A DNA stretch of 24,000 bases, from assembly GCA_035547675.1 (NCBI GenBank), contig DASZUI010000117.1, positions 14,390 to 38,389 of the forward strand. Direction: 5' to 3'. A model generated the notes under the pieces. That model made no database searches, was not told the origin of the DNA, and saw only the letters and a program-made list of their open reading frames with translations. The stretch's first letter is position 1. Each line of letters begins with the position of its first letter. Shown piece after piece: positions 8,604 to 16,259 of the stretch. Made by a program: the position numbers and the translations under genes. Origin of the DNA: Devosia sp. (GTDB lineage: Bacteria > Pseudomonadota > Alphaproteobacteria > Rhizobiales > Devosiaceae).

Positions 8604-10069
8604 CAGGCGGCGGTCTCGGCGAAAGAGGACTGGATCACGCGCTCCTCGGTGATTTCGTCATGCGCCAGTTCGGCGACGATGCCGCCATTGCGGAACACAT
8701 AGACGCGATCGCAATTGTCGAGCTCGTCGGTTTCGGTGGTGTACCAGAGGAAGGTGCGACCCTGCCGCGCCTCCTCGCGGATGAGGTCATAGACCTCGAG
8801 CTTGGTGCCGATGTCGACGCCGCGCATGGGATCGTCCATCAGGATGATGCGGGCGTCGGACCCGAGCGCGCGGGCAAAGAGCGCCTTCTGCTGATTGCCG
8901 CCCGAGAGCGAGAGGATGTTGTTGTCGAGGTCCGGCGTGCGGATGCCGATGCGCTGCTGCCAGCGCTGCGCCATCGCGCGCTCACGGCCCGGCGAGATCA
9001 GCCCGCCGTCGCGCAGCGCGCCGAGCGAGCGGACGGCGATATTTTCGGCGATCGACCAGAGCGGGAAGATGCCGTCCACCTGCCGGTCGCCCGCGACCAG
9101 CGCCACCGGCGCCTTCACCTCGGCATTCGGGCGGCGGCGGTAGGCAGCATCGAATATATCGAGCAGCAGCCCGGTCTGGCCATGTCCGGCAAGCCCGGCA
9201 AGGCCGATGATCTCGCCTTCATGGGCGACGAGTTCGGCGGCGGCAGCCTGGGCGCGCGGGCGGGCCCTGACCATGACGGAACTGGCCTTCCGATCGATGG
9301 CCGCCGAGGCGATCTTGCCGGCATGGCCTTCCGCCCCGCCCATGGTGGCGACCAGCCGGTCGCGATCGAAGGCCCCTGCCCGGTCGCTGGCGACGATCCT
9401 GCCGTCGCGCATGATGACGATGCGGTCGGCGGTGCTGAGGATTTCGCCCAGGATGTGGGAAATCAGGATGCAGCTCACGCCCTCGGCGACGCTGCGGCGG
9501 ACGAAGGCGAGCAATTGGCCGGCGGCATGGGAATCGAGCGAGGATGTCGGCTCGTCGAGAATGACCATGCGCAGGGGATCGTCCGTTACGGTGAAGGCGC
9601 GCGCCACTTCCACCATCTGCCGCTTGCCGATCGACAAATCGCCGACCACATCCCCGGCGGCAATGCCGTGGCCGGGGAAGATTTCATCCAGCCGATCGAT
9701 GATGAGCCGGGCCGCCCGGCGGTTCCAGCCGAGTCCCCTGAGCGACGGATGGCCGATGCGGGTATTTTCCGCGACCGTCAGGTTCGGGCAGAGCGAGAGT
9801 TCCTGGAAGACGCAGCGAATGCCGAGCTGGTGGGCCCGCTGCACGGAGTAGGCGGTTTCCGTGCTGCCGCCCACGGTCGTGCTGCCGCTGCTCGGCGTGG
9901 CGGTGCCGGCCAGGATGTGCATCAGCGTCGACTTGCCGGCCCCGTTGTGACCGACGAGGCCGACACATTCCCCCGCGTCGACGAAGAAGTCGACGCCGTC
10001 CAGGGCGTGGACGGCGCCGTAATGCTTCTCGACGCCGTCCAGCTCGATGATCCTGCCATCCACGGGCAT
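8603..10069 (-). CDS. Sugar ABC transporter ATP-binding protein with two fused ABC domains
   Basis: It has [35 protein letters not shown] and [11 protein letters not shown]. The ORF track opens it at a TTG (10090). I prefer the ATG at 10069 ([18 protein letters not shown]), but the start is uncertain by 7 codons. Confidence 0.9.
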   Translation of the reverse strand: MPVDGRIIELDGVEKHYGAVHALDGVDFFVDAGECVGLVGHNGAGKSTLMHILAGTATPSSGSTTVGGSTETAYSVQRAHQLGIRCVFQELSLCPNLTVAENTRIGHPSLRGLGWNRRAARLIIDRLDEIFPGHGIAAGDVVGDLSIGKRQMVEVARAFTVTDDPLRMVILDEPTSSLDSHAAGQLLAFVRRSVAEGVSCILISHILGEILSTADRIVIMRDGRIVASDRAGAFDRDRLVATMGGAEGHAGKIASAAIDRKASSVMVRARPRAQAAAAELVAHEGEIIGLAGLAGHGQTGLLLDIFDAAYRRRPNAEVKAPVALVAGDRQVDGIFPLWSIAENIAVRSLGALRDGGLISPGRERAMAQRWQQRIGIRTPDLDNNILSLSGGNQQKALFARALGSDARIILMDDPMRGVDIGTKLEVYDLIREEARQGRTFLWYTTETDELDNCDRVYVFRNGGIVAELAHDEITEERVIQSSFAETAA

Positions 10070-10126
10070 CTGGAGACTACCTATCCGCAACTGCCCGCAG
10101 GCAAGCCGGCGATCCGGCGCGACCGA

Positions 10127-11140
10127 TTACTTGATATTGGCCTTGATGGCGGCCAGCGCCTCGTCCTGGGTATATTCGTGGCTGGCGACGCCGCCCTGCG
10201 GGATGGTCGGCAGCACCTGCTCGAAATTGCTCTGGTCGAAGGCGAGGTAGGGCACCAGCAGGTCATGCGGGATGTCCTTGCGGCCATCGAGCACCTGCTG
10301 GGCGACCCAGAAGGCCAGTGTCGAGAGGCCCGGCGCGATGGAGGCCGACCAGGTCTGGTAGCCGTCCTTGTCCTTCTGCTCCTTCCACCACTGCAGCTCG
10401 TCCTGGCGGTTGCCCATGATGATGGTCGGACGCGGCTTGCCGGCGGCGGCGAAGGCCTGCGCCGCACCATAGCCGTCGCCGCCCTGGTCGACCACGCCGA
10501 CGATGTCGGGCAGCGAGGGCAGCACGGTCGCCACGGCCTTCTGCGCCGTGGTCTGGTCCCAATTGCCGGTGACCGAGTTGACGATCTTGAATTCGGGATG
10601 GGCGGCGACGCCCTCGGTGATGCCCTTGTGGATGGCATCGTCGATGGAGGTGCCGGCAAGGCCGCGGATTTCCAGCAAATTCCCGCCCTTGGGCTGGAAC
10701 TTGGCCATCTGGTTGATCTCTTCCTTGCCCATCTTCTCGAAGTCGACGACCACGCGATAGGCGCAGGGCTCGTTGACGATGCCGTCGAAGGAGACGACGA
10801 CGATGCCGGCGTCGCAGGCCTGCTTGATGGCGCCGTTGAGGGCATCGGGCGAGGCCGCGTCGATGACGATGGCGTTATAGCCCTGCAGGATCAGGTTCTG
10901 GATCTGCGCCGCCTGGGTCGGCACTTCCTGGTCGGCCGTGGTGAATACGTCGGCAGCGGCGACGATCTTGTCGGCCACGGCCTTCTTGGTCACCAGGTCG
11001 TAGCTCTTGAGCATCGCCTGGCGCCAGGAATTGCCGGCATAATTGTTTGAAAACGCGATGCGCATGCCCGAGGTGTCGGCATAAGCCGTGCCCGAAGCAA
11101 GAACAGCAACCATCGCGCTCAGAACGAGCGATTTCTTCAT
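10127..11140 (-). CDS. Sugar ABC transporter periplasmic substrate-binding protein
   Basis: I trimmed ORF 10127..11197 to the ATG at 11138-11140, which is preceded by GGGAGG. The signal peptide is MKKSLVLSAMVAVLASGTAYA. PBP1 sugar-binding motifs are present (RIAFSNNYAGNSWR, NAIVIDAASP, VVVSFDG). Confidence 0.9.
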   Translation of the reverse strand: MKKSLVLSAMVAVLASGTAYADTSGMRIAFSNNYAGNSWRQAMLKSYDLVTKKAVADKIVAAADVFTTADQEVPTQAAQIQNLILQGYNAIVIDAASPDALNGAIKQACDAGIVVVSFDGIVNEPCAYRVVVDFEKMGKEEINQMAKFQPKGGNLLEIRGLAGTSIDDAIHKGITEGVAAHPEFKIVNSVTGNWDQTTAQKAVATVLPSLPDIVGVVDQGGDGYGAAQAFAAAGKPRPTIIMGNRQDELQWWKEQKDKDGYQTWSASIAPGLSTLAFWVAQQVLDGRKDIPHDLLVPYLAFDQSNFEQVLPTIPQGGVASHEYTQDEALAAIKANIK

Positions 11141-11231
11141 TTCGACTAACCTCCCAAACGAGCGCTTTTGCGCCGCCGCGCACCGCCGGCAGCGCATTCC
11201 TCGTGCTCAGGTTCGCTACGCTGTCACAAAC

Positions 11232-11245
11232 ATGTTAGTCGGTCA
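11232..11245. promoter_or_regulatory. Candidate operator or promoter element ATGTTAGTCGGTCA, shared with 17682-17695
   Basis: The motif is 12/14 identical to ATGTTAGTTGGACA at 17682-17695. Both copies sit in the relatively A/T-rich promoter regions of the two sugar-catabolism blocks. Confidence 0.3.
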
Positions 11246-11437
11246 AACGCATAATTGCCCAATGTTTACAGATAGAAAGATGCGCGTCGAAGACGGGATG
11301 GCGAGGCCGTGCCAGGGCCGGCTGCGGCTCGAGCATACAGCAAATTCCGTTCACCGGGGGCGCCGGCGGGAACGCGCGGGCGACAGGCGGTTTTTCCTCC
11401 TCAGCGACAAGGCGGCACGGCCGCCAGGAGGTCTTCG

Positions 11438-12283
11438 ATGCGATACCCGCTTTTCCTCGGCCTGGCGCTTGCGGCCATCCCCTCAACGGCCGCGCTCGCC
11501 CAAAACGCACCCGGCCATCCAATGGCCGACCTGCCGGGCGGCAAGAATGTGAGCTGCGCCGAGTTCCTGCGGCTCGGTGAGCCGGCGGCGACCCGGGTGC
11601 TTTACTACGCCGACGGCTATGCGGCCGGAATCGCCGACCAGGTGGCGGCCGGCACGCCGGGCACCGCGGCCAACAAGGCGAGCAACGAAAGCACGGCGGC
11701 AGCCAACCGTGCGGCCACGACCAGCGCCACCCCGCCGGCCACCAGCGGCGTCACCGGCCCCAGCACCACCAGCGCCGCGGACAATGCCGCGAGCAGCGTG
11801 GCCGCGCTCACGGCGCTGACGCTCGACCAGCTCCGCTCGCTGTGCGAGGCCGAGCCGAAATCCGCCGTCCTCTCGGTCATTCCGGGCGGACGGCCGGTCA
11901 GCGCCAGTGGGACGATCACCAGCAATGCCGGCACGGCGACGACCAATGGCGCGGCCACCAGCGGAGGCGGCGGGCCGGCCGTGACCGATACGACGACCGG
12001 CATGACCGGGGCTGCAACCGCAAAGACCACCGGCCCGACGACCACGCCCGCGCCCGCCACCACGGCGACGCCGACCGCCACGACGCCCAATACGGGCACG
12101 ACCACCCCTGGCGGCACGACAACGCCTAGCGCCACAACGATGCCCGGAACGACAACTCCCGGGACCACGGCGACTCCCGGAACCACAACGGGCGTTACGA
12201 CGCCCGGGACCACCACGACAGCGACGCCGGGCAGCTCGACGGCAGCCGGCGCAAGCACCAGCACGACGGGCGCCGCGACTTAG
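11438..12283 (+). CDS. Secreted HdeA-like protein with an internal low-complexity insert and a Thr/Pro/Gly-rich C-terminal tail
   Basis: I trimmed ORF 11309..12283 to the ATG at 11438, which is preceded by CAGGAGG. The signal peptide is MRYPLFLGLALAAIPSTAALA. VSCAEFLRLGE..VLYYADGY and LRSLCEAEPKSAV resemble the two Cys-containing halves of HdeA/HdeB-type periplasmic proteins. The remainder is A/T/S/P/G low complexity. Confidence 0.7.
   Translation: MRYPLFLGLALAAIPSTAALAQNAPGHPMADLPGGKNVSCAEFLRLGEPAATRVLYYADGYAAGIADQVAAGTPGTAANKASNESTAAANRAATTSATPPATSGVTGPSTTSAADNAASSVAALTALTLDQLRSLCEAEPKSAVLSVIPGGRPVSASGTITSNAGTATTNGAATSGGGGPAVTDTTTGMTGAATAKTTGPTTTPAPATTATPTATTPNTGTTTPGGTTTPSATTMPGTTTPGTTATPGTTTGVTTPGTTTTATPGSSTAAGASTSTTGAAT
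11905..12280 (+). repeat. Coding low-complexity region with degenerate PGTTT-type repeats
   Basis: The translation reads ...TTPNTGTTTPGGTTTPSATTMPGTTTPGTTATPGTTTGVTTPGTTTTATPG.... The DNA shows degenerate ~15-nt periodic ACG/ACC/CCC/GGN units. Long ORFs are open on both strands, which is a side effect of the composition. Confidence 0.6.
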
Positions 12284-12296
12284 GCAAAGGTCCGGC

Positions 12297-12596
12297 TCAG
12301 CCGGCGAGCAGGTCGCGCCATTCGGGATGGCGTGCGAACTGGGCCACGACATAGGAGCAGAGCGGCACGATTTTCGTGCCCTCGGCGCGCGCGTCTTCGA
12401 TCATCCGGTCGACCAGCAATCGGGCGATGCCCTTGCTGCGGAAGGCGCGCGGCACGCCGGTATGGTCGATGACGATGGTGTCGGCGCCGCGTTTGCGGAA
12501 GGTCATCTCGCCTTCCTCGCCGGGGGCCAGCCGCACGACATAACGGCCGCCGGCCTCGTTCTCCTCGCGCTCGACGGCATAGCTTGTTGCGCTCAT
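12297..12596 (-). CDS. Small GNAT-family N-acetyltransferase (YjdJ-like, 99 aa)
   Basis: The core ..IDHTGVPRAFRSKGIARLLVDRMIEDARAEGTKIVPLCSYV.. matches the minimal acetyl-CoA-binding GNAT fold (the R/Q-x-x-G-x-A/G region). The ATG at 12594-12596 is preceded by GGAGG. Confidence 0.8.
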   Translation of the reverse strand: MSATSYAVEREENEAGGRYVVRLAPGEEGEMTFRKRGADTIVIDHTGVPRAFRSKGIARLLVDRMIEDARAEGTKIVPLCSYVVAQFARHPEWRDLLAG

Positions 12597-12673
12597 GGGC
12601 AGCCTCCGGTTGACGATGGCGAGGATATTGTCCTGCGGGGCTATGAAGCCAAGCCGTCAGGCCTGCGGCGGCC

Positions 12674-13063
12674 CTATTTGCTTGCCGCGTCCTCGCAGGC
12701 CTGCTGGCCATAGGCCGGCGTGTCGAGGCGCGACAAGAGCTCGGCGGCCGCGACGGTCATGTAATCGTTGGTCAGGGCGTCGACCTTGTCCCTGGCGAGG
12801 CCCGCCGCGGCCAGGGCGGCAGTCCCCCGCTGCAGAAGCAGCGTCGCCGCGTCCTTCATCGCCTGGGCACTCGCCGGATCGGCTTGGGTGGTGGCCGACA
12901 TGAGCGTGACCGCCGCGCCGCACCACATATCGAGGTCCGAGTCGTGCGAGAGCTTCGCCGCTGCGATATTGGCCTTGGCGGCGGCGAAATCGCTGGCCGT
13001 GTCCGCCAAAGCGGGCGAGACGCCTGCCGCAACGGCCAGGACAGCGACGAAGGCGAGGCGCAT
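12674..13063 (-). CDS. Hypothetical small secreted Ala-rich helical protein (129 aa, two Cys)
   Basis: I trimmed ORF 12674..13273 to the ATG at 13061-13063, which is preceded by GGAGAA. The signal peptide is MRLAFVAVLAVAAGVSPALA. I do not recognise a family. Confidence 0.6.
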   Translation of the reverse strand: MRLAFVAVLAVAAGVSPALADTASDFAAAKANIAAAKLSHDSDLDMWCGAAVTLMSATTQADPASAQAMKDAATLLLQRGTAALAAAGLARDKVDALTNDYMTVAAAELLSRLDTPAYGQQACEDAASK

Positions 13064-13107
13064 GGGATTCTCCATTGTTGCAGGGGCCGGGGGGAATTTG
13101 AGTTGTC

Positions 13108-13150
13108 GCGTTTTCGAACCGGAAAAGTGGAACCACTTTCCTGAAAACGC
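13108..13150 (-). terminator. Nested imperfect hairpin immediately downstream of dedA
   Basis: The outer arms are GCGTTTTC (13108-13115) and GAAAACGC (13143-13150). The inner arms are GGAAAAGTGG (13121-13130) and CCACTTTCC (13133-13141), with a one-base bulge. It starts 2 nt after the dedA stop and is T-rich on the mRNA side. Confidence 0.3.
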
Positions 13151-13151
13151 T

Positions 13152-13850
13152 CTAGTGACCGGCATCGGCCTTTTGCAGCCGGCTCTGCAGCGATTTGCCG
13201 AAGCTGCCCAGATAAGGCGCAAAAAACAGCAGAATTTTGCGGCGGAAGTGGAACAGCAGGTAGAGCCCGACAAGGGCCAGCGTGCCCCAGACGATGACGA
13301 ATTCGATCGAGAGGCCGATGGACTTCAGCCAGTTGGAGAGCAGCAGGCCGGGCAGCAGGTGGGCGGCCGCCCAGCAGAAGGCCGAGGTCACGTTGATCGC
13401 CGCGAAGCGCGGCCAGGACATGCCGAGCATGCCGGCGATGCCGGGCACGATCGCCTTCACGGCGGGGATGAAGCGGCCGATGAAGACGCTCTTGCCGCCG
13501 TGCCGGGCGAAGAAGGCTTCGCCCTTCAGGATTTGCTCGCGGTAATTGACGAAGGGCCAGATGTCCTTGATCCGGTGCTCGAGCGAGCGTCCGATCCAGT
13601 AGGAAACGGTGTCGCCGATGACCGCCCCGAGGACGGCGACAAGGTAGATCGGCCAGAACGGCAGGCGTCCCACGGCCATGAGCGAGCCGGTGAGCAGCAG
13701 CACGGGCGTGGACGGCACGAACAGGCCCAGCACGAACACGCATTCCCCGATGGACACGAGGAAGATGAAGCCCATGGAGAGCCAGAAATTGTCCGATATG
13801 GCCGTGAGCAGTCCGTTGAGCCACAAGGACAGATCGCTGAAAAGATGCAT
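13152..13850 (-). CDS. DedA-family inner-membrane protein
   Basis: It has ..GECVFVLGLFVPSTPVLLLTGSL.., IGDTVSYWIGR and HGGKSVFIGRFIPAVKAIVPGIAGM, which are DedA/SNARE-associated motifs. The start was chosen at the ATG at 13850 (MHLFSDL...). The ORF is also open to an ATG at 13934, so the start is uncertain. Confidence 0.85.
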   Translation of the reverse strand: MHLFSDLSLWLNGLLTAISDNFWLSMGFIFLVSIGECVFVLGLFVPSTPVLLLTGSLMAVGRLPFWPIYLVAVLGAVIGDTVSYWIGRSLEHRIKDIWPFVNYREQILKGEAFFARHGGKSVFIGRFIPAVKAIVPGIAGMLGMSWPRFAAINVTSAFCWAAAHLLPGLLLSNWLKSIGLSIEFVIVWGTLALVGLYLLFHFRRKILLFFAPYLGSFGKSLQSRLQKADAGH

Positions 13851-14078
13851 CCGGTTCGGGCCCGCCCTGGTCCGTGGCGGGAGCTTGCCCGCCGCCTGCT
13901 CAAGCGGACCCGGCCGCCGCCGCCCCGCGCTCATTGTTTCGCATCGCCGCCCGGGCCGATGCCTGACGCTTATCCGACGCCCTTCTTATGATGAAATCGG
14001 TTCAGGGCAAAGCCGTCGTCCCCGGCGCCATCGCCCTTCCAAGGTCGGACAGCGCACCCGGCTTTGCAACCCCCGGGT

Positions 14079-14444
14079 TCAGCGGTCACGCTGCTGCAGG
14101 ACGAGCCCATTGCCGTCGGGATCGGTCAGCGTGACATAGCGCGCCCAGGGAGCGCTCATGATCTCGGAGGTTTTCACGCCCTTCGAGTGGAGCGCCGCCA
14201 CGTCGTCGTCGAGCGTGGGCGTATGGAGGACCAGCCCCCTCAGCGAGCCGGCCGGCATGGAATCGAACCAGGTAACGAGGGTGACCGAGGTCGCAGAACC
14301 CTGGGGCGCGAGCTGCACCCAGCGCATTTCGCTGGCCATTTTCTGGTCGGCCAGCTCTTCGAAGCCCAGCACGTCGCGGTAGAACGCCTTGGCGCGGTCC
14401 TGGTCGGAAACGGGAATGGAAACGACATCGAGCCGGTTGATCAC
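14079..14444 (-). CDS. VOC-family (glyoxalase/bleomycin-resistance/dioxygenase fold) protein
   Basis: I trimmed ORF 14079..14516 to the GTG at 14442-14444, which is preceded by GAGGGAG. The sequence INRLDVVSIPVSDQDRAKAFYRDVLGF...VTLTDPDGNGLVLQQ is a typical VOC beta-alpha-beta-beta-beta module. Confidence 0.8.
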   Translation of the reverse strand: MINRLDVVSIPVSDQDRAKAFYRDVLGFEELADQKMASEMRWVQLAPQGSATSVTLVTWFDSMPAGSLRGLVLHTPTLDDDVAALHSKGVKTSEIMSAPWARYVTLTDPDGNGLVLQQRDR

Positions 14445-14461
14445 GGGCAACTCCCTCGCTA

Positions 14462-14506
14462 AGTTATATGCCTCATCGGATATATAACTGATCGGAGATA
14501 TAATTG
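14462..14506. promoter_or_regulatory. Candidate ArsR-family operator in the divergent VOC/arsR intergenic region
   Basis: There is a perfect 8-bp inverted repeat AGTTATAT (14462-14469) / ATATAACT (14482-14489) with a 12-nt spacer. There is also a 16-nt tandem direct repeat ATCGGATATATAACTG / ATCGGAGATATAATTG (14475-14490 and 14491-14506, 14/16 identical). The second copy carries the GGAG RBS and the TTG start of the ArsR gene. Confidence 0.45.
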
Positions 14507-14839
14507 CCGGAGTCAAGTCCCGGCGCGGTGCGCGATCCGTTCCAGGCCATTGCCGATCCGACGCGGCGCGCCATGCTGGCGCGGCTCAGGGGCGGCGCGC
14601 TCAGGGCCGGCGACATTGCCGAGGGTTTCGCGCTGAGCCAGCCGGCGCTTTCGAAGCATCTGCGCATCCTGCGCGAGGCGGGACTGGTGCGCGTGGCCGA
14701 AAGCGGGCGCGAACGGCTCTATTCGCTCGATCCGGCGGGGCTCCGGGGCGTGATCGACTGGGCGGCCTCCTTCGAGGCGTTCTGGCCGGCGCGGCTCGAG
14801 GCGCTGGGGGCGCATCTGAGAAGGAAGGGCGATGGCTGA
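14504..14839 (+). CDS. ArsR/SmtB-family (metalloregulator-like) winged-helix transcriptional regulator
   Basis: It has FQAIADPTRRAMLARL...AGDIAEGFALSQPALSKHLRILREAGLV...RERLYSL. The TTG start at 14504 has GGAG 6 nt upstream. A GTG at 14528 is an alternative start. Confidence 0.88.
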   Translation: MPESSPGAVRDPFQAIADPTRRAMLARLRGGALRAGDIAEGFALSQPALSKHLRILREAGLVRVAESGRERLYSLDPAGLRGVIDWAASFEAFWPARLEALGAHLRRKGDG

Positions 14840-15281
14840 CCTGCGCTTCGAGGCCATCTACCCGGCGCCGGTCGCGGCCGTCTGGCGGGCATTGACCGAT
14901 CCCGACGAGATCGCCGGCTGGCTGATGCCGAACGATTTCGTGCCGATGGTGGGGCACCAGTTTACCTTCACCACCAGCCCGGCACCGGGGTTCGACGGCA
15001 CGGTCCATTGCGAAGTGCTGGAGATCGAGCCCGAGCGGCGGCTCAGCTATTCCTGGGCAGGCGGCGGGATCGACACCGTGGTCGCCTGGGAACTCGAGCC
15101 GCATGGCGAGGGCACGGCGCTGAGGCTCCGGCACAGCGGCTTTCATGGCCCGCGCGGGCTCATCGTGCGCCGGATTCTCGGGGCGGGCTGGAAGAGCCGG
15201 GTCCTGCCCCGGCTCGGCAGCCGGGTCGAAGCGCTCGCCGAAGAGGATGAGGGCCGGCTCCCCCAGGAACCGGCCCCCTAA
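14832..15281 (+). CDS. SRPBCC-superfamily protein (Aha1/START-like)
   Basis: It starts MADLRFEAIYPAPVAAVWRALTDPDEIAGWLMPN and contains ..LSYSW.. and ..TALRLRHSGF... It overlaps the arsR stop by 8 nt (ATGGCTGA). ArsR plus SRPBCC is a very common gene pair. Confidence 0.85.
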   Translation: MADLRFEAIYPAPVAAVWRALTDPDEIAGWLMPNDFVPMVGHQFTFTTSPAPGFDGTVHCEVLEIEPERRLSYSWAGGGIDTVVAWELEPHGEGTALRLRHSGFHGPRGLIVRRILGAGWKSRVLPRLGSRVEALAEEDEGRLPQEPAP

Positions 15282-15290
15282 GTTCCTACG

Positions 15291-16142
15291 TCAGGCCGAC
15301 CAGGCCTTGGTGCGCTGCGTCTGCTCGCCGAGGCCCTGCACGCCCAGGTGCATGGTCTGGCCGGGCTTGAGCCAGACCGGGTTCGGCTTGATGCCCATGC
15401 CGACGCCCGGCGGCGTGCCGGTCGAGATGACGTCGCCGGGCTGGAGGCTCATGAACTGGCTGATATAGGCGACCGAATGGGCGACGCCGAAGATCATGGT
15501 ACGGGTGTTGCCGTTCTGGTAGCGGTGGCCGTCCACTTCGAGCCAGAGGTCGAGGTTCTGCGGATCGGGGACCTCGTCGGCCGTCACCAGCCAAGGGCCG
15601 ATGGGCCCGAAGGTGTCGGGCGACTTGCCCTTGGTCCACTGGCCACCGCGCTCGTTCTGGAAATGGCGCTCGGAGACGTCGTTGACCACGCAATAGCCGG
15701 CGATGTGGTCGAAGGCGTCCTTCTCCTCGATATAGCGGGCTTCCTTGCCGATGATGACGCCGAGCTCGACTTCCCAGTCGGGCTTGAGCGTGTTCTTGGG
15801 CAGGATGACGTCGTCGTTCGGGCCGATGATGGCGCTGGTCGCCTTCTGGAACAGGATCGGCTCCTCCGGCACTTTGGCGCCGGTTTCGGCGGCGTGATCG
15901 GCATAGTTGAGGCCGATGCAGATGAACTTGCCGACCTGGCCGACGCAGGGGCCGATGCGCTGCGCCTTGTCGAGCGTGGGGAGCTGGCGCCAATCGGCGG
16001 CACGAATCTTGGCGATACCCTCCGGGGTCAGCGCCCAGCCGGCGATGTCCGGCACGACCGAACTGAGGTCGCGATAGGTTCCGTCCTCCGCCAGGAGGGC
16101 CGGCTTTTCGGCGCCCCTGGCGCCCACACGCAAGAGTTTCAT
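15291..16142 (-). CDS. Fumarylacetoacetate-hydrolase-family protein, a candidate 2,4-diketo-3-deoxy-L-fuconate/rhamnonate hydrolase
   Basis: 283-aa ORF. It has GKFICIGLNYADHAAE.., EVELGVIIGK, DVSER..Q..RGGQWTKGKS.DTFGPIGPW and GDVISTGTPPGVG, which are FAH-fold motifs. A strong RBS (GGAGGAAA) precedes the ATG at 16142. Confidence 0.9.
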   Translation of the reverse strand: MKLLRVGARGAEKPALLAEDGTYRDLSSVVPDIAGWALTPEGIAKIRAADWRQLPTLDKAQRIGPCVGQVGKFICIGLNYADHAAETGAKVPEEPILFQKATSAIIGPNDDVILPKNTLKPDWEVELGVIIGKEARYIEEKDAFDHIAGYCVVNDVSERHFQNERGGQWTKGKSPDTFGPIGPWLVTADEVPDPQNLDLWLEVDGHRYQNGNTRTMIFGVAHSVAYISQFMSLQPGDVISTGTPPGVGMGIKPNPVWLKPGQTMHLGVQGLGEQTQRTKAWSA

Positions 16143-16259
16143 GGGTTCATTTCCTCCAATTTGGGCTGTGCCTTACCGCCTCGATCCCGTGAGAGTCGAG
16201 GCCAAGCTCGGCCGGAAGCGTTCGGCGCGTGCGATCATCGCGCCCTCAATGGTCCCGGT

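Noticed and set aside
10105-10118. The hairpin GCCGG-CGAT-CCGGC between the second SBP and ATPase genes.
   Set aside because: The stem is only 5 bp. Such short GC palindromes occur by chance in this composition, so I mention it only for contrast with the 11-bp hairpin at 2434-2459.
8660-11050. A 796-aa plus-strand ORF opposite the second ATPase and SBP genes.
   Set aside because: This is a shadow ORF. It has no recognisable domain and a composition artefact (D/G/A/R/H-rich). It lies fully within well-supported minus-strand genes.
11483-12352. Long minus-strand ORFs (289 aa and 215 aa) and the repeat-like DNA at 11900-12280. I considered these as a possible tandem-repeat locus, CRISPR-like array or antisense gene.
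   Set aside because: The periodicity is that of degenerate codon repeats (ACN/CCN/GGN) encoding a Thr/Pro/Gly tail. There are no unique spacers or conserved direct repeats. The opposite-strand ORFs stay open only because of the composition.
13851-14078. The 228-nt gap between dedA and the VOC gene, examined for a small RNA, tRNA or small ORF.
   Set aside because: It contains only short GC stems (for example CCCGCC...GGCGGG). There is no tRNA-like cloverleaf, no terminator-flanked unit and no ORF with an RBS. I treat it as the dedA promoter and 5' region.
11200-15290. The seven-gene block that interrupts the two sugar-catabolism blocks, considered as a possible genomic island or mobile insertion.
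   Set aside because: I saw no integrase, transposase, tRNA target, flanking direct repeats or obvious compositional shift. The genes are ordinary chromosomal stress and envelope genes. Only the parDE cassette (19.6-20.2 kb) looks horizontally acquired.
16143-16259. The inverted repeats GGCGCG...CGCGCC and CCTCGA...TCGAGG between the small membrane ORF and the FAH gene.
   Set aside because: They have short stems, long loops and no U-tract. They cannot be distinguished from the background in GC-rich DNA.
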